Position numbers and translations under genes: made by a program | The notes under the pieces: model-generated | The model's input: only the letters and a program-made list of their open reading frames with translations | Told to the model about the DNA's origin: nothing | The model's database searches: none | Source of the DNA: Podarcis erhardii | Lineage: Eukaryota | Assembly: GCA_964252035.1 (NCBI GenBank) | Contig: CAXUOO010000189.1 | Length of the DNA stretch: 64,000 bases | Strand: one strand, 5' to 3' | Part shown: one piece after another, positions 1 through 15,097 of the stretch | Layout of the letters: each line of letters starts with the position of its first letter | How positions within the stretch are numbered: position 1 is the first letter of the stretch

Positions 1-2317
1 AACATTTTCGTCATGAAGAAATCCGTCGTCTTTTTCTGAAAATCGCGAGTTCTCCAAGAGGCTTGTATCATCTGCCCAGCTCCAACAAAACTGCATGCGA
101 TGCAGGTAGTCGTCTTTCACTATCACCACTTCCTCACTGCGTATACAAGCTCGTAAAATCTCTACGGTTGTTGCTGTATAGGTTGTATGTATGCACGCTT
201 CAGAAAGGGGATGAAAGACGTTTTCTTACACTACCTAAATAGTCAAAAGCAAGTCAATATATTCCATATAGTGTGTGCGTGCAAGCAAAAACCTGTCCTC
301 ATATATATATATATATATGTATATATAGTATATGTGTATGTGTTGCTCGTTTTAGCTAGTTGAGGCAGGCAGTGGTAGAAGACTTCACTACGAAGAAGAT
401 GGGTTTCTATTTGTATCTGTTACAACAAACTTTTTTTGTGTCTAGCTTTTACTGTACTACAGGTATCGATGCATATACCCTAGGTAGAATGTATAGCGTA
501 GAATACATTTTGCAAGTCCTGTTCTGAAATAAAAAGCTCTACTCTACATGTACATGATAAAGAGTTTCTAGGCAACCTTTACATGTACGTATATGTATAT
601 ACATATGTATATATGTGAGGGAGTTTTGGTTGAATAGGAGGAATTTTATGTATATGTATATGTGTGCGTGGAGGTTCGAACAAGTACAATCTATTATATG
701 GCTGCACTTCTTTGTCTATATGTACGCATGTGTATGTGTAAAATCGTCTTATAAAATGGCGTATATATACTGAGGCACCTGCGACCGAAAAAGCTGCAAG
801 GAAGAAGAACTCGTCTCCTACAACTACTGCTATTTGATAGTGTATATATGTGTGAAATGAAGGTGCCTCACGTCTGTATACAACACTGTATACAAATGCT
901 CATATACAATAGAGAAAGTGAGCGGAGAATAGTGCATATATATGTTGGAGAAGGCATGCAATACGTGGTATAGACAGGCTGAACTCTCAGACAGAGAAAC
1001 TAGTTTGTGAGATGTGATATCGCTTGGAACGCATGTTTCTAAATATATACCGTATATATGTAAATTCCTCACACAGAAACAGCTTCGATATTGATCTCAA
1101 GAACGTAGATATATGACTTGTATGTATCTGTACACATATAAACGTATGAGCGTGAGTTTCAGTGCGAATTTCAACACTTCTCCGCTTTCAGACGATATGC
1201 ATGCGGACTCGTACCAGTCCTTACATACTTGCACGCACACACACACACATCCTCGTAGACTCAGACTCACTGTAGTTTTTTTCAACTTGCACATTTTATT
1301 TGTATACGAGTTTTTGAAGAACACAACAGCAACACCGCTATTAAGGGTTTGCATGCGTACGCGTACACATATATATATACATACATATGTGAACAGATGT
1401 TTAGACATCACTGAATGCGCTAGCTGCCTGACAGCATTTATCACAAGGGAGTCTGCCTAAAAGGACTGGTAGAGGTGAAAACGTAGTCTCAAAGTGTGTG
1501 TCTCGATGCTTATTAGTAGTGTAGAGATTCTGTATATGTACCCTGAAACGAATACATACGTAGACTAACGAAACAATTTGCACCATACTTACATACATAT
1601 ATATATATATATGTATATATATGTTTGTATGTATGTGTCTCAGAGATTGTACAAGTAGACTATCCCGTCTGTGTGCTTGAGATGGCTCTCGGGCACGAAA
1701 GCAAGTGTGTAGAGAAGTAGACGCAGCTTTTTCTGTGTATTTTATGCTTTCTCTGTGTTTTACGAAGTTTTTCATACTCCCTTTACTATGTGAAAATCAG
1801 GGTGTCTACGCAGTGTGTTTTTCTGGGGTGGGCCTAGGAACAGGCGAAGTTAAGGCCTCGTTTTTTCATTTTTTCATCTTCATCTTTCTGTGTAGACCTA
1901 GTCTGCAGTTGTTGTGCATATGTATCGAATCAGCGTTTTTCGCTAACTTTGTTGTCAACTCTATGCGCCTTTTCTCAAGCACACACACACACGCATATAT
2001 GCCCGAAACACTCAAACACCCTTAAAAGGAAGTCCTGTGCATGCCTTCAGCTCCGCCAAACACTTCTCTCTCTGTAATCCAATATATATATATATTTGTA
2101 AACGTGCTTTCAAGACTTGTAAGAAGCACATACCATACACCAATACACATATATATATGTGTGTAAGTGTGCACTGGACTTGCGTAGGAGCACGAATTCG
2201 TTGATGTGGTGGTGTGTAGATACACGCAAAAGGAGTGGGAGAGAGTGGCTGGCGCAGAAGTGTGTCTATGTGCAACGATATGTAGCTTGAAAAGCGCCTT
2301 TTTCACTGCGAGAAAGA

Positions 2318-5300
2318 ATGTGTTGGGCGTTGATGCATATAACAGAGGCTTTTTGTGGGGCTGGAGAAGCTCTTCTCTGGCAAGCACCTCGTGGCGCAGT
2401 GCTGCGCAGAGTTGCATCAGCTGCTGCTGTTGCTCAGCACCTTGATCAAGCCACGAAAGCGCAAGCATCAAACCAGTTGGTTTTTGACGAGTTGTTGGGC
2501 AGTGCAATTGGCTTAACTAGTGGAGATGCAAGTGAGAGTTCTGCTAAATCTTCTGTTGCTGCTCTGCAAACGACGCAGAAACAGACTCTGAAACCACTGG
2601 AGGAATCCTCCACTACTGGGGAGCTCGCCTCAGAAGCAGCAGCAGCAGAATCAGCAGCCCCTTCAGTGTTACGTGTGACTGAAGCTGAAAGACGAGGATG
2701 GGCAGACATTCAGCAATTCAGTGGAGTTTGGGTCGAACAGTGTGCGGGACTTGTGATGAGGTGCGCTTTGCAGTGGAGAAAGCTGCACAAAACGGCTTTT
2801 CTGGCTCTGTCTGTGGACTGAAACTTGCTCCTCTTTCACCGTTTCGATATGAAGTCGATGCACTGCTCTTGTCTGCATCAGATCGCACACATGCCAGATC
2901 TACATTTATACATGTATAGGTGTAATAGGCTTTGGGTTCGTGTGTCGGTTGAAAAAAACTGCTTTGTAGCTGTGTGAGCACTACAAATCAATGCCGCATA
3001 CTTGTCGAGGGAGTCGAGATGTACACAAATAAGCTGAAGATCTACGCTGCATAGACATTACAGTGTTTGAGGTAGAGAACAAAAAACGGGACAGAGGTCT
3101 CATTATGTAAGTGCACGTTTTACATGCTCGCTTATTTGCCTCGACTATCAACCCTCAACGCAGGACAGAAATATATATATATATATATATATGTATAATT
3201 CATTGCTGGTGCTTGTACCCGCTTTGGCGCATACCGTCTGCTTGGTGTGGGTGTCTTCATACATAAAATATATATACATATATATGTATATTGTGTGGTT
3301 TCATTGCTGGTGCTTGTACCCGCTTTGGCGCATACCATTTGCTCTGTGTGGGTGTTTTCAGTTGATATCGGGGGATTGGTTGGGCTGCTTTATGTCGATT
3401 TCTATGTTTTATCTATGCAAGGAAGGAATTAGAGAGGACTGCAGCTTCTATGGAGCTTCTTTAGCTGAACTCTGCGTATAGCACCATGTAAAGCTGCTGC
3501 TCTTGCTGCTGACGCTGCCCTTGATGAGCGAGTATCAATCTGCTAAGCTCAAAAAATGTGTGAATTTTTCTGTTTTTACATGTATACGTAGTGCTCCTTT
3601 TTCTCACTGTTATGGCTACTTCCTTTGCATTGTTCCTATCAGGTCGTGTGCTGCTGCGGGCGCTCCTTTCGCTGCGCCCATTGAAGCCAATCCATTTATT
3701 ACAACTCTCGCACAGCAAATCATCGACAGAATAGGCGGTATATCATCGAACTGCTTCTTCACCTCTTTTTTGCACATGTATATAGCTGCTTTTGTGCCTC
3801 TCTTTTTTGCAGCTGTCTATCTATATCTCTATCTCTCTTCCAGCTGCATATATTTATATATATGTTGTTTATGAAGTGAAGTCAATAATAGTTTCTCTGG
3901 ACCGTTAGATTTCGGAACTATCAGCAAGCATTCTAGAAATGTAATTTTTCAATGTCTTTGAACCTTCTCTATCTATATTTGTAGAATTCTCACATATATC
4001 TATATACATATATATTCAGATTTCTCTTTCCACATACATATCGGCTATGAACAGCTCGAATATATATATATTGGTACGCGCTCTTAACTGCCGCTGTTTT
4101 TTACAACTTGGACGTTAGTCCATACTAGATATATATATGTATATATGTAGTATCTGTCGCGTAAAAATTTTGAAATATACTATATATATATGTGATATCT
4201 GTAGCGTAATAAATAATATAAAATATTTTGTATATATATGCATATATATATATACGTATAGTCTTATGAAATTGTGTTTCAGAATTTGCATGCTCTATAT
4301 ATATATACATGTATATATCTATCTAGAGGAGACTGGTATATTCTGATACGTTGTTAAGTTCTCATCTTGACACGTGATGTAAGAATGACAGATATAATTT
4401 GTAATCCCCTCTTTTTCGAAGAGTGTAAACATCTACTCATATATATATATGTATGTCTGATGCGTAGCATGTCTGCACTTGCTTCGGCCTTTTTACTCAC
4501 AAAATATGCAACTTTTTAGAACTTGGGAGGAGTCTAGAGGCGACACAAGTGCTGGCAGAGGTAAAGAAATTTCCTTATTTGTTCTTCTATAAACACGCGC
4601 TAGCAGAGGTGGAGAACTTTTCCTGAATTCTGTTTCTCTTCACTGTACCACAGACATATATATATATAATTTTCGTCGGTCAATATTAGTTGAAGCATAT
4701 ATCAGTGTTTTTGTGTATATATATGTATCAATCTGTAGTTCAAATTAGTGTCTAAATACATATGTATATGTGTATATTTTTGTTCGTATCAGTGATTGTT
4801 TTGTCTTGCAGAGAGTGAGACGTCTTCCACCACCAGCGGCGGAGTTCGAGAGGGGGCAGCAGTAGGAGGCGTCGTTGAACGTATTCAATTATATTTGACT
4901 TTATGTATACGTCGACCAAAGTTGTTGCATGCATTTCTCGAATGCTATGTACTCGCCGATCGCCATACCAAACTCATTTTCGAGGAGAACTTTCAAAAAG
5001 TAGAGATTTTCCATATATATTTGTGTAGTATATATATGTTAAACTCAGTGTGATGTGGTATACAACTACGCAATGAAACACACCTCTACATTTTGTGTAT
5101 GACATATACGTACATAAAAATAGAACACAGGCTAAGCTTTGCTGTGTTTGTCCTTTTACGGAGATTTCGAGAAGCTTTGTTTCCTCAAACTCGAGCTTTC
5201 GTCGAAGCTTCATACTGTTTCAAGGATTGCCAGAAAGCTGTACATATATCACATATATATTTCTAGAGACGATCCATAGTTCAATCTGACTTAGCTCACT

Positions 5301-5502
5301 AAAACTCAATCTCCCTTTTTCGTCTCCCTTGTTCAGTTTGTTTTCTGTGCAGTATACGCGTTTGTTGTGTCAGATCATCTTGACTATGATCTTAAGATAT
5401 ATATAAAAATGAAAATCACGATATCCATTTTAAAATGAAGAAAACACTCACCACAACACATGTACATGTTTCTACAATATGCACGCCGGTGCTGATCCAC
5501 TA

Positions 5503-5553
<51 letters not shown>

Positions 5554-8255
5554 TTGTATATGTAGGTGTGTCTAGAGTGGATTGTTATCAATATGTTGTT
5601 GGGAGGCTTTCTCGTGGGCGACTCTCCCTCGTCTCTTTCTGCGCAGTGAAGCAAACGAAATCAAACACTTGCAATAGGCAGAAGTAAATCATATATATTC
5701 CTCACTCGAATTATTTGGGGACAGCAATCTTTCTATAGCTATTTTTCCACACGATTGACCCGCAGAAGTACACACATCCAGTGGATATGATGCGTTTACG
5801 CATTCATATAAAAGAGATATAAGCAAAAGAAGCAGATACGTACGTATGTATGTATGTATGTATGTATGTAAGTATGTATGTATTCAAATATGTATNNNNN
5901 NNNNNNNNNNNNNNNNNNNNNNNNNNNNNNNNNNNNNNNNNNNNNNNNNNNNNNNNNNNNNNNNNNNNNNNNNNNNNNNNNNNNNNNNNNNNNNNNNNNN
6001 NNNNNNNNNNNNNNNNNNNNNNNNNNNNNNNNNNNNNNNNNNNNNNNNNNNNNNNNNNNNNNNNNNNNNNNNNNNNNNNNNNNNNNNNNNNNNNNNNNNN
6101 NNNNNNNNNNNNNNNNNNNNNNNNNNNNNNNNNNNNNNNNNNNNNNNNNNNNNNNNNAAGGAACCAATTAGAGCTCTTTTTTTTGCTTTTTTTGCTGCTG
6201 CTGTGGCCACAGTGCATAGCCTCGATAAAGCCCCTCTTTCATCCCCAATACGTCGTCATTTTGCAGGTCAGTTGAGCCACTTTATCGAACCCACTAGTCC
6301 GACCATTTTGCCCTTTGTTTCTATGTATACTAACACAAAAAAAACCACACGATCACACCCACCACCACCACCACCACTACTTTTGAAACCCTTTAAAGGT
6401 GTATATATTTGTCTGCGAATCCTCTGAGATAAGTAACAACCATACCACTCAAATCACCACCACCATAGATGTCTGCGACAAATTCCACCACACAAGAACC
6501 ACCACCAAAATACTATCATTGAAGCCTACAAAACTGCCATCAGCAAGATCAGCAGAACTCGACTGGCACTCACAACAGAGTCAATATGCATGCAACTCCA
6601 CCACCTCTATCTTCACTGCCACAACCACTACTACCACCACCACAACTACTCTCACCACCACACTACTACTACTCTTATCACCACCACCATTGTCACTTCC
6701 GTCACTGCCACCACTATAATAACACCACCACTCTCACTACCACCACCACTATACTAATAATTATCAATCACCACTATGATGATAACCACCACCACTGTAA
6801 TCATCACCACCACTATAATAATCACCACCACTATCACTATTATAATCACCACCACTATCACTATTATAATCACCACCACTATGATAATCACCACCACTAT
6901 AATAATCACCACCACTATTATAACTACCACCACTATAATAATCACCACCACTATAATAATCACCACCATTATAATAATCACCACCACTATCACTATTATT
7001 ATACCACCACTATAATAATCACCACCACTATAATAATCACCACCACTATTATAACTACCACCACTATAATAATCACCACCACTATAATAATCACCACCAT
7101 TATAATAATCACCACCACTATCACTATTATTATACCACCACTATAATAATCACCACCACTTTAATAATCACCACCACTATTATAACTACCACCACTATGA
7201 TAATCACCACCACTATAATAATCACCACCATTATAATAATCACCACCACTATCACTATTATTATACCACCACTATAATAATCACCACCACTATAATAATC
7301 AGCACCACAATAATCACCACCACTGGCAAGATCAACAGCAGCCGACCACGCGCGGGCTCAGTGGGTGCATGCAAGCGCAGACTGGACTATAAGTGCATTA
7401 AAACCAGCACTTTCAATGAGATCCATTAAAGCACCAGCAGCAAAACCAAACAGTAAAAATCCAATAACAGTGGAAGTAAGAGCAACAGTCCAAAAAAAGC
7501 AGCGAATTCTGAACGCGGCAATGTATAGCAGTAGTAGTCGTAGTGGTAATAACAGGAGCAGCTGCAACGTACTGAGAAACAGCAAAAGTTTGTGGAAACG
7601 AGAGACAATATTTCAGCTGAGGCACCGTCACTTGTGTGCAGTAGTAGTAGTTAGAATAGTGTTCAGTGGACTTTCTTCAGTAGCAGTAGTGGTGATAGTC
7701 GTCTTGGAGGAGGCTCAAAATAGCAGCAAATCTGCGAAATTAACTGCTCAAAACACTTTTTTTTGCTGCAGCAGCACCAATTTGTGGCTACTACTAGACT
7801 TCCAGAAGCACCTGTGGTTTTCGCTTAAGACTGACATAAGTGTAGCTGCGCATGCAGGCTTGATTACCAACAATCAAAGAGCGACTCTCTCCAACAGTGG
7901 ACTGCTACACTTTTGTTAAAGGCAGCTGCTCAGCTACAGCAGCAATGATGTTTAAAGTCACACGACCTAAAAAAAGCACTTTATCAGCAGATCTCGGTGA
8001 AGTGGCAGTTGTAGACGAATTGAAACACAAAGATGGTGTACAGGCACATGCAATAGTCGTATTCCGCAAGAGTCGTTTAATCAGCTGTATAGAGGCATCA
8101 ACGGCAACCACTGCAACATGTCCTACATCAGGGCAACGCAGCAGAACCAATAGCAGTTGAAGTTTGCTCGTCTATTGCCCTCGTAGGAAGGCTGGAAAGT
8201 CTCGATTTCCTAACTAAAAGAAAAATTTCAAAGCACAAATGAGGCAATTTTCATT

Positions 8256-8311
<56 letters not shown>

Positions 8312-9217
8312 TCTTTAGCATGCAATGACGTACGCACATGTGCTCAATATATATATAAAAACGTATATGTGTTTTAGTATTTGTATGGAAAATGCTATTG
8401 AGTACTGTGTATATCTACACGGCAGCTGTGAGAATATGTGCGACACGACATAGGCAGAACTGCGCAGTGAAGTGGTGAAAAAGTGTCAAATAGTAAAAAT
8501 ACCTGAAATATATGTGCGACTGGCTCTCCCTACATATTCAGAGGCTCATATATACGAATGCCCAGCCTTCAAATGTATAAAATGCATGCTGGGAGAGGTG
8601 ATAAAGTACACATGTCAACGAAGAAATAGATCTATGCACGTGCATGCGTATATGTGTATGTCTGTATCAGTGTCTCTCTACAAATGCATATGCATAATAT
8701 ACGTACCGATCTGCTTTGCGTAGCCGGGATTCTTCAAGCAAGTTTTGTATGCGCACGAAAATAATGAATAAATCTTCTCGCTTCGTCATACTACACTAAA
8801 ATACTAGGACACTACAAAAACATATATATATATATATAGTTGCGGAGAACATGGAGCAACGGACTGGATGGATGAATATATAGTAGAGTCTTGTAAATAT
8901 TCACATATATAATATGTATATATGTGTATATATATTATGTGGCCGAGCACGTAGAGCTATCTTGTTTGTATGTGAACGCTTTATATAGTGTGATATGGTG
9001 ATTTTCAGAATTATGAAGCAGAGGAAGAGCCACTTGTGGTGAATCTGCTGGAACATATAACAAATTGCTTATACATCAATGCAGCTTTAGAACATAGCGA
9101 GCTGCATGCAATGCGAGATTCTATTTGGCAACTATTGCGACCAGAAGAAGGAGGTGATTCTACGCGTCAAAGAAGCGCGCGAAGACTTGCATTGGTTCTC
9201 CTTGCCTTTTTCAACAG
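2318..9217 (+). CDS. Probable upstream exons of the symplekin-like gene (helical/HEAT-like, low-complexity); 5' end not resolved
   Basis: A phase-consistent GT-AG chain can be read: exon ending 2760 (..GLVMR, AG|gtgcgc, phase 2), 3643-3737 (SCAAAGAPFAAPIEANPFITTLAQQIIDRIG), 4520-4560 (ELGRSLEATQVLAE), 9009-9217 (NYEAEEEPLVVNLLEHITNCLYINAALEHSELHAMRDSIWQLLR..RRLALVLLAFFNR). It lies on the same strand as, and directly upstream of, the symplekin C-terminal exons. Extra small exons between these are possible. Linkage to the downstream exons is inferred. Confidence 0.5.
3199..3360. repeat. Short tandem duplication, ~101-nt period
   Basis: TTCATTGCTGGTGCTTGTACCCGCTTTGGCGCATACC is identical at 3199-3235 and 3300-3336, followed by similar GTGTGGGTGT(C/T)TTCA; an AT-rich/TA tract lies between the copies. 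Confidence 0.9.
5896..6157. other. Assembly gap (N run)
   Basis: Run of N, preceded by a (GTAT)n tract. Confidence 0.99.
6710..7320. repeat. 18-nt minisatellite (CACCACCACTATAATAAT)n with a 131-nt higher-order period
   Basis: The unit is directly visible in tandem. The variant block CACTATTATTATACCACCACT recurs at 6991, 7122 and 7253 (131-nt spacing). An (ACC)n-rich degenerate tract precedes it from ~6340. Confidence 0.92.
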
Positions 9218-9379
9218 GTATCATCAGATCAAACACTAATGCGATTAATCTGAATTAGGGGCTCGGCTACATTGATAGCTTCTTGCTGGTGTATAACGCT
9301 TGCAAGGAATGCCTTTCAAACACGTTCCGAACCCTTCTGTTCACTGAAGTCTACTCCAATCAATTTTTTCTGTGCATGT

Positions 9380-9416
<37 letters not shown>

Positions 9417-9453
9417 TACACTTTGTATGTTGCGTTACACACAGAAAGAGCAA

Positions 9454-9497
<44 letters not shown>

Positions 9498-10357
9498 TTT
9501 ATAGAGTTAGTATGCAATTTCTAGTGGTGTATGTATGCAGAGGATGTAAGGTTTTTCTGGTAGACGAAGTGAGTGCAAACGAGACGAAAGAGAAGTAGTA
9601 GATTTCTCTACACTGGAACACTGGACAATAGATCAACTCTTTCTTGATGTCGACTTTTCTGTGAAAATTTGCAATCGAAGGCGTATTTTGTTTCATGAAC
9701 GTACTGTTGACAGCCTTACGGTCCTGCATTATCTGCATGCATATATCTCTGTATAAATCTGCGCACTTACATATATTCTTACACGTCTATGGAACTGGTA
9801 TACACAGCACAATTGCGTATTCAGATCTTCTTTACTCTCCACTGTTTTACAGGTTTCAAGTGGAATCACGAGCTCTCAGCAGTGTGTCACGAACTTTACC
9901 ATACATGTTGAGCTTACGCATGCAAACAAATTTAGAGTGTTTGACAGTACAAGCGTAGATAGAAAAGTGAAAAAAACTCAACAACGTGGTGCATGTGTGT
10001 TTTAGTGGTTTAGGACAAGCGGAGGATTTGACAGACGGCTACATTCGATTCGTTTGAAATACGTAATGGAATATATGCGGGGCCATAATGTATGATGTTT
10101 ATATGTATATATCTACTATGTAGTGAGGGCTGGATTTGACTTTTTTCAGCACGTGGTGGCAGCTTTTAAAAATCTTCTTGCGAAACTCTGAAAAAAACTT
10201 CCAATTTAGGAACTCGTTTCGACGCAGCAACTATGAAAACGACCACAATCTACGAGTAAATCTGTGCGTTTTTCTGCAGCCATATCGTATACTCTATTCA
10301 CGCTCAGCATGAACTGTTTCAATGTGCATGCAGTTATGGGCTCAATTGTTTGTTTAG

Positions 10358-11655
10358 GGAACAACTGGAGGTTTTAGCGCCTTTGATTGTCTTTGATGAC
10401 TTTGATGAAAAGACGCTAAAACAGGCGCTCAAAAGACTTCTCACTCTTCCGGTTGCTCTGCAGCAAGAATTCCATGGTGGAAATTACTTAACGGGGGAAC
10501 AGCTCTTGTTAATCTTTTACAATCTTTCTTGTAGTACTAGTAAGTCTACTTGTATTTCTACTATTACTACTGCAGCCGAATCGTCTTGTTGCCGCTTTGA
10601 GTGCAAAAATGAACGCCACTGAGTCTGCTGTATATGGAGTACTATATATACTCCTTTGTATTTTCTCTCATGTTGACACATCTCTAAGCCAAACACAGCT
10701 ACACTTTCGTTTTCGTCTATGTCTGTTTATATACCTACATATTGTGGCAGCCACATTCATTACACACCTATATCTATGTATGGGAGACGCACATATGTTC
10801 AGACTTCTTTCTTTGAAGCCTTCTCTACTAATGTGTAAGTTTCTATGTGGTTAGATATATGTGTGTACAAGTTGCAACTTGTACATGTACTTGATGTATG
10901 TGTTTACATATAGAAAGAGGGAGAGTAGTTTCAGATGTATATACTGATGATGATGTTGATGATGGGCTTGAAATATGTCAATTATGTGCAGACAAAGAAA
11001 TGCTTATATAGCAGTAAGGCTGCAGCGTTCTTATCATCTTCAGATAAGTATACAGTGCGAGTTTAATTGTGTACATGTGTGGAAGGATCTGTGCATGCAT
11101 TCAAGAAATACTTGCACACACAGCCAACTATGCATGTCATACATATATATATACATGTGTGTTAAAGTAGATATGTTGGTCTACGTACAAGTACAGAAAA
11201 GCGCTACCAAACTTGGATTTCTACTTGAACAACCCGCCATATAAATATATGTGAGCGCAGTCGGTGTGTGAAGAATGGTTGCAGAGTGACATGCTGAAGC
11301 ACTACGATTCATTTAAAGGACTTTATAAGTACATGTACTTAAATATGCATTCGACTATGTCTCTACATAGGGCGCACATGGAATCACGATCGCATTTACA
11401 GATATCTTCCTACTTGTAAGTGTGTATATACATGAGTTTACGTATCTATACATGTCCCGCTTTACGGTGCTTGGTTCTTACGAAGATTCATTTTGTACAT
11501 ATATTACATGTATATGTATAGTTTTTCAACCGTTGTACATCTGTCTCTCATGTGTATACATTCCATCACATATGTAGGGATAATATATGTGTCGAGTGTA
11601 ATAGCGTCGGGAAACAAGTTGAAACACACACTATATAACGTGGTTCTTCAAGAGA

Positions 11656-11687
<32 letters not shown>

Positions 11688-12715
11688 GTTGGCGGCGCTG
11701 TATGATACATTTTTTTTACTTGTATCTGTGTATCCACTCTTTCTAGGAGAAGAACGAAAGAAACAAACAGGAATATTAGACTACTGTCTTGATTTGACTG
11801 GCTGCACCGCTAAGTCGGATTCTTGCGGTGAAGTTCTCTCAGTTGATGTAAGATTACGATGCTCTTTTTACATAGATTTAGACCTACATATGCACAACTA
11901 TGCTTACTGGTAAGGTTGCTATTCTCTTTATACATAGTAGCTATAATGATTTTACAGATATTTTTATCTCTTACATCACTACTGCTCCAGCTCTCTTAGA
12001 GGTCAATACCGCTCTAGCTCTACGTATAAATACAACTACCTAAACATGCCAACAAACTTCTTTATTTAAACAGTGACTACTGCTCTCTCTAAATGTTGAT
12101 TTCTATCTATCTGTTCATGTAGATTCGTGATTGATACAACTTCATCTGATTCATTAAACGTATATATATATAGTGTGAAACGTGTCGAGACAATACTTGT
12201 ACAATGGGGCACTGACTGCTGAGCCATGAACTGAGACAAATTTGTCATTCCTGATATATATCTATAAACAAACATGCAATTTATTTATTTTATATGTATC
12301 TGTATAGTTGCTGGTATGTTCACATAAATATATATATATATGGCGATAGAAGATTTACTTATCTACTTATGTGGTTTGAGTGTATTCAGTCGCGTAAGTT
12401 ATTGAGCTCCTAGCAGAGGGTGTCTAGAAGTTTGTTTCATTCTCACTAACTTGGTAGATTTATGATGCCCATGAATGGGCTTTAAAACGAGCAACATAGA
12501 AGAGGCTCTGTTAATCAACAGTAACTCACGCTACACATGTATACTCGTATTAACATATATGCATGTCAATATATCCTTACAGGCCTGACGAGATATAGTT
12601 GCATATATTTTATACACTTGTGGAGAGACCTACACAGAAATAAACTTATATACTGATATAAATTTATATATATTTGTATAATTCTATAGCAGAGAGGTTT
12701 ATACGTCTACATAGT

Positions 12716-12764
<49 letters not shown>

Positions 12765-14294
12765 GCCCACGTGTCTGTAAGTTTCTAAGCATTCATCTAT
12801 ATATATATATATATACATATATATAAACGTCTGATACGAAGAGCAGGCCAGCGAATCAGGTGGTGTTGATGCTGTTTTAGCTGCATTTTAGGGCTGCTGA
12901 CTGGGTTTGCACCTGTCTTTTGTGCATCATATTTGTCGCCACTAAATTGAACTTTTTTGGATTCAGATTGAGACCTTTCCCTGTGTACGTTTGTCTGTCA
13001 AATCAATATGTCGAAACTTGCTCGATTTCTTTTCTTTCATGTATATGTTTGTATATGTGCATATATATGTCTGCACGTCTAGGTGACCATACCTATGTGC
13101 GAGTACAATGTTTATTTTATATGTATTTAAATATATATATATATATATATGTGTACGTATACATATGTATCCGTATAATCTAGATTCAGGTCTAAGGCAA
13201 GCGTGGAATATGTGAGAAAGGCTCGATTTTGTTGCTGCTATGCAGGCTGTGGCTGCTATGTGTCAGCGCATAGCAGACGACGACAGTCAACCAATTTCAG
13301 TTATTTTTGGCAGACTGGTAAGACACATAAACGCATGCATTGAAAGAGACAGACATACATACATATATACAGACACACTATAAGCCTACTTACAAGCAGA
13401 CTTACATGAAGAAATGCATACATACCTACATACGGATATACGTAAGGACATACACANNNNNNNNNNNNNNNNNNNNNNNNNNNNNNNNNNNNNNNNNNNN
13501 NNNNNNNNNNNNNNNNNNNNNNNNNNNNNNNNNNNNNNNNNNNNNNNNNNNNNNNNNNNNNNNNNNNNNNNNNNNNNNNNNNNNNNNNNNNNNNNNNNNN
13601 NNNNNNNNNNNNNNNNNNNNNNNNNNNNNNNNNNNNNNNNNNNNNNNNNNNNNNNNNNNNNNNNNNNNNNNNNNNNNNNNNNNNNNNNNNNNNNNNNNNN
13701 NNNNNNNNNNNNNNNNNNNNNNNNNNNNNNNNNNNNNNNNNNNNNNNNNNNNNNNNNNNNNNNNNNNNNNNNNNNNNNNNNNNNNNNNNNNNAAGGTCTG
13801 TCTACAAAATACATTCATAGAGACATACATACAGACATGAATGAAGACATACATACGTACAGACCATATACGGGCACACTTAGATGCATGCATACACACA
13901 TATGTAGGGGCAGCCAGACATGTATATGAATACATACATATAGATAGATTCGTATACAATTTATATACGGGTAATTAGAAAAGATCTTCTGTTCTTTTGT
14001 TGCAGTGATTAGTCCACTCGTCGAAGCAGCAACTGAAGCAGACCAGAAAGTTTCTATTCTTTCTCAAACTATTACTGCTGTTGCAATTTTCAATCACTCT
14101 AAAAAGCCGCAGCAACTCCACTGATAAAGACTGAATAAGCTGCTGCTGCTTTTATTATGATCTATAGTTTTTCTATTCAGAGTGAAAACTGCATGTATGA
14201 AGAAAGTCTTTGATGCTGCTTGATGCTGCATGCACCTTCACTAGCAGTAATAGCAGCAGTAGTAATAGCAGTAGTAAACCTGCGTGAGTATCAG

Positions 14295-14329
<35 letters not shown>

Positions 14330-15049
14330 CGAAAAGATATCGCTAAATATATACTATATGCATGCACATACATCATAACTAGATGTAAGGATATATATAA
14401 GTTTCCTTGTTGAATGTGTGTATTTGTATAGGTATAGATGACTTGTATTGATGCTCAGAAACCACAGCCCAGATAGAAGCTAGTCTGTACTTTTACAGAG
14501 AAGAAGAATTCCAACTGGGCATCCATTTGATTTTTTTTGTATGTGATGTGTAGGCAGTACTGGCCCTGCTGTAGATGTCATTCTATGTGTGTAGCTATAT
14601 GAATTATCATAATGAAAATTTCTAATTTTTATGATAATGCAGCGATAGCAAGTATAGTAATTGTGATCTATACAGCTCAACAGAAGAAGAAGTTTGTAGC
14701 AGCTGCAGCCTCAACACGTATATATATATATATATTTATAAGCGTCAGCAGCAGCATTCCTTTTACTTGCAACAACGTAAAGAAGCGGAATTCGAAGTCA
14801 TAGTAGTAGTAATTTTGTGTTTAATACAACAAGAGCAGCTATATACGCACAAGCGGCTCTATGGACGCAGCAATGTTGTTTGCTTCCCGTTTTGATAAAG
14901 CACGCACAGGCGCTGTTTTCTTAGAGAAGCAAAGTGCTTAGTATTCTGCATTACTAGCAGCATTAGTCCACTTAATACTTACTCTTTGCAGCAGCAGTAT
15001 CAACTGTCTGCATAATAATAAAGCATCTCACCGCCAGCATCTACACATC

Positions 15050-15097
<48 letters not shown>

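Noticed and set aside
6586-7146. His/Tyr/Asn-rich ORF (HHHYNN)n resembling a histidine-rich protein
   Set aside because: It is a translation of the 18-nt minisatellite. The 131-nt higher-order period shifts the frame, and there are no credible splice or start signals.
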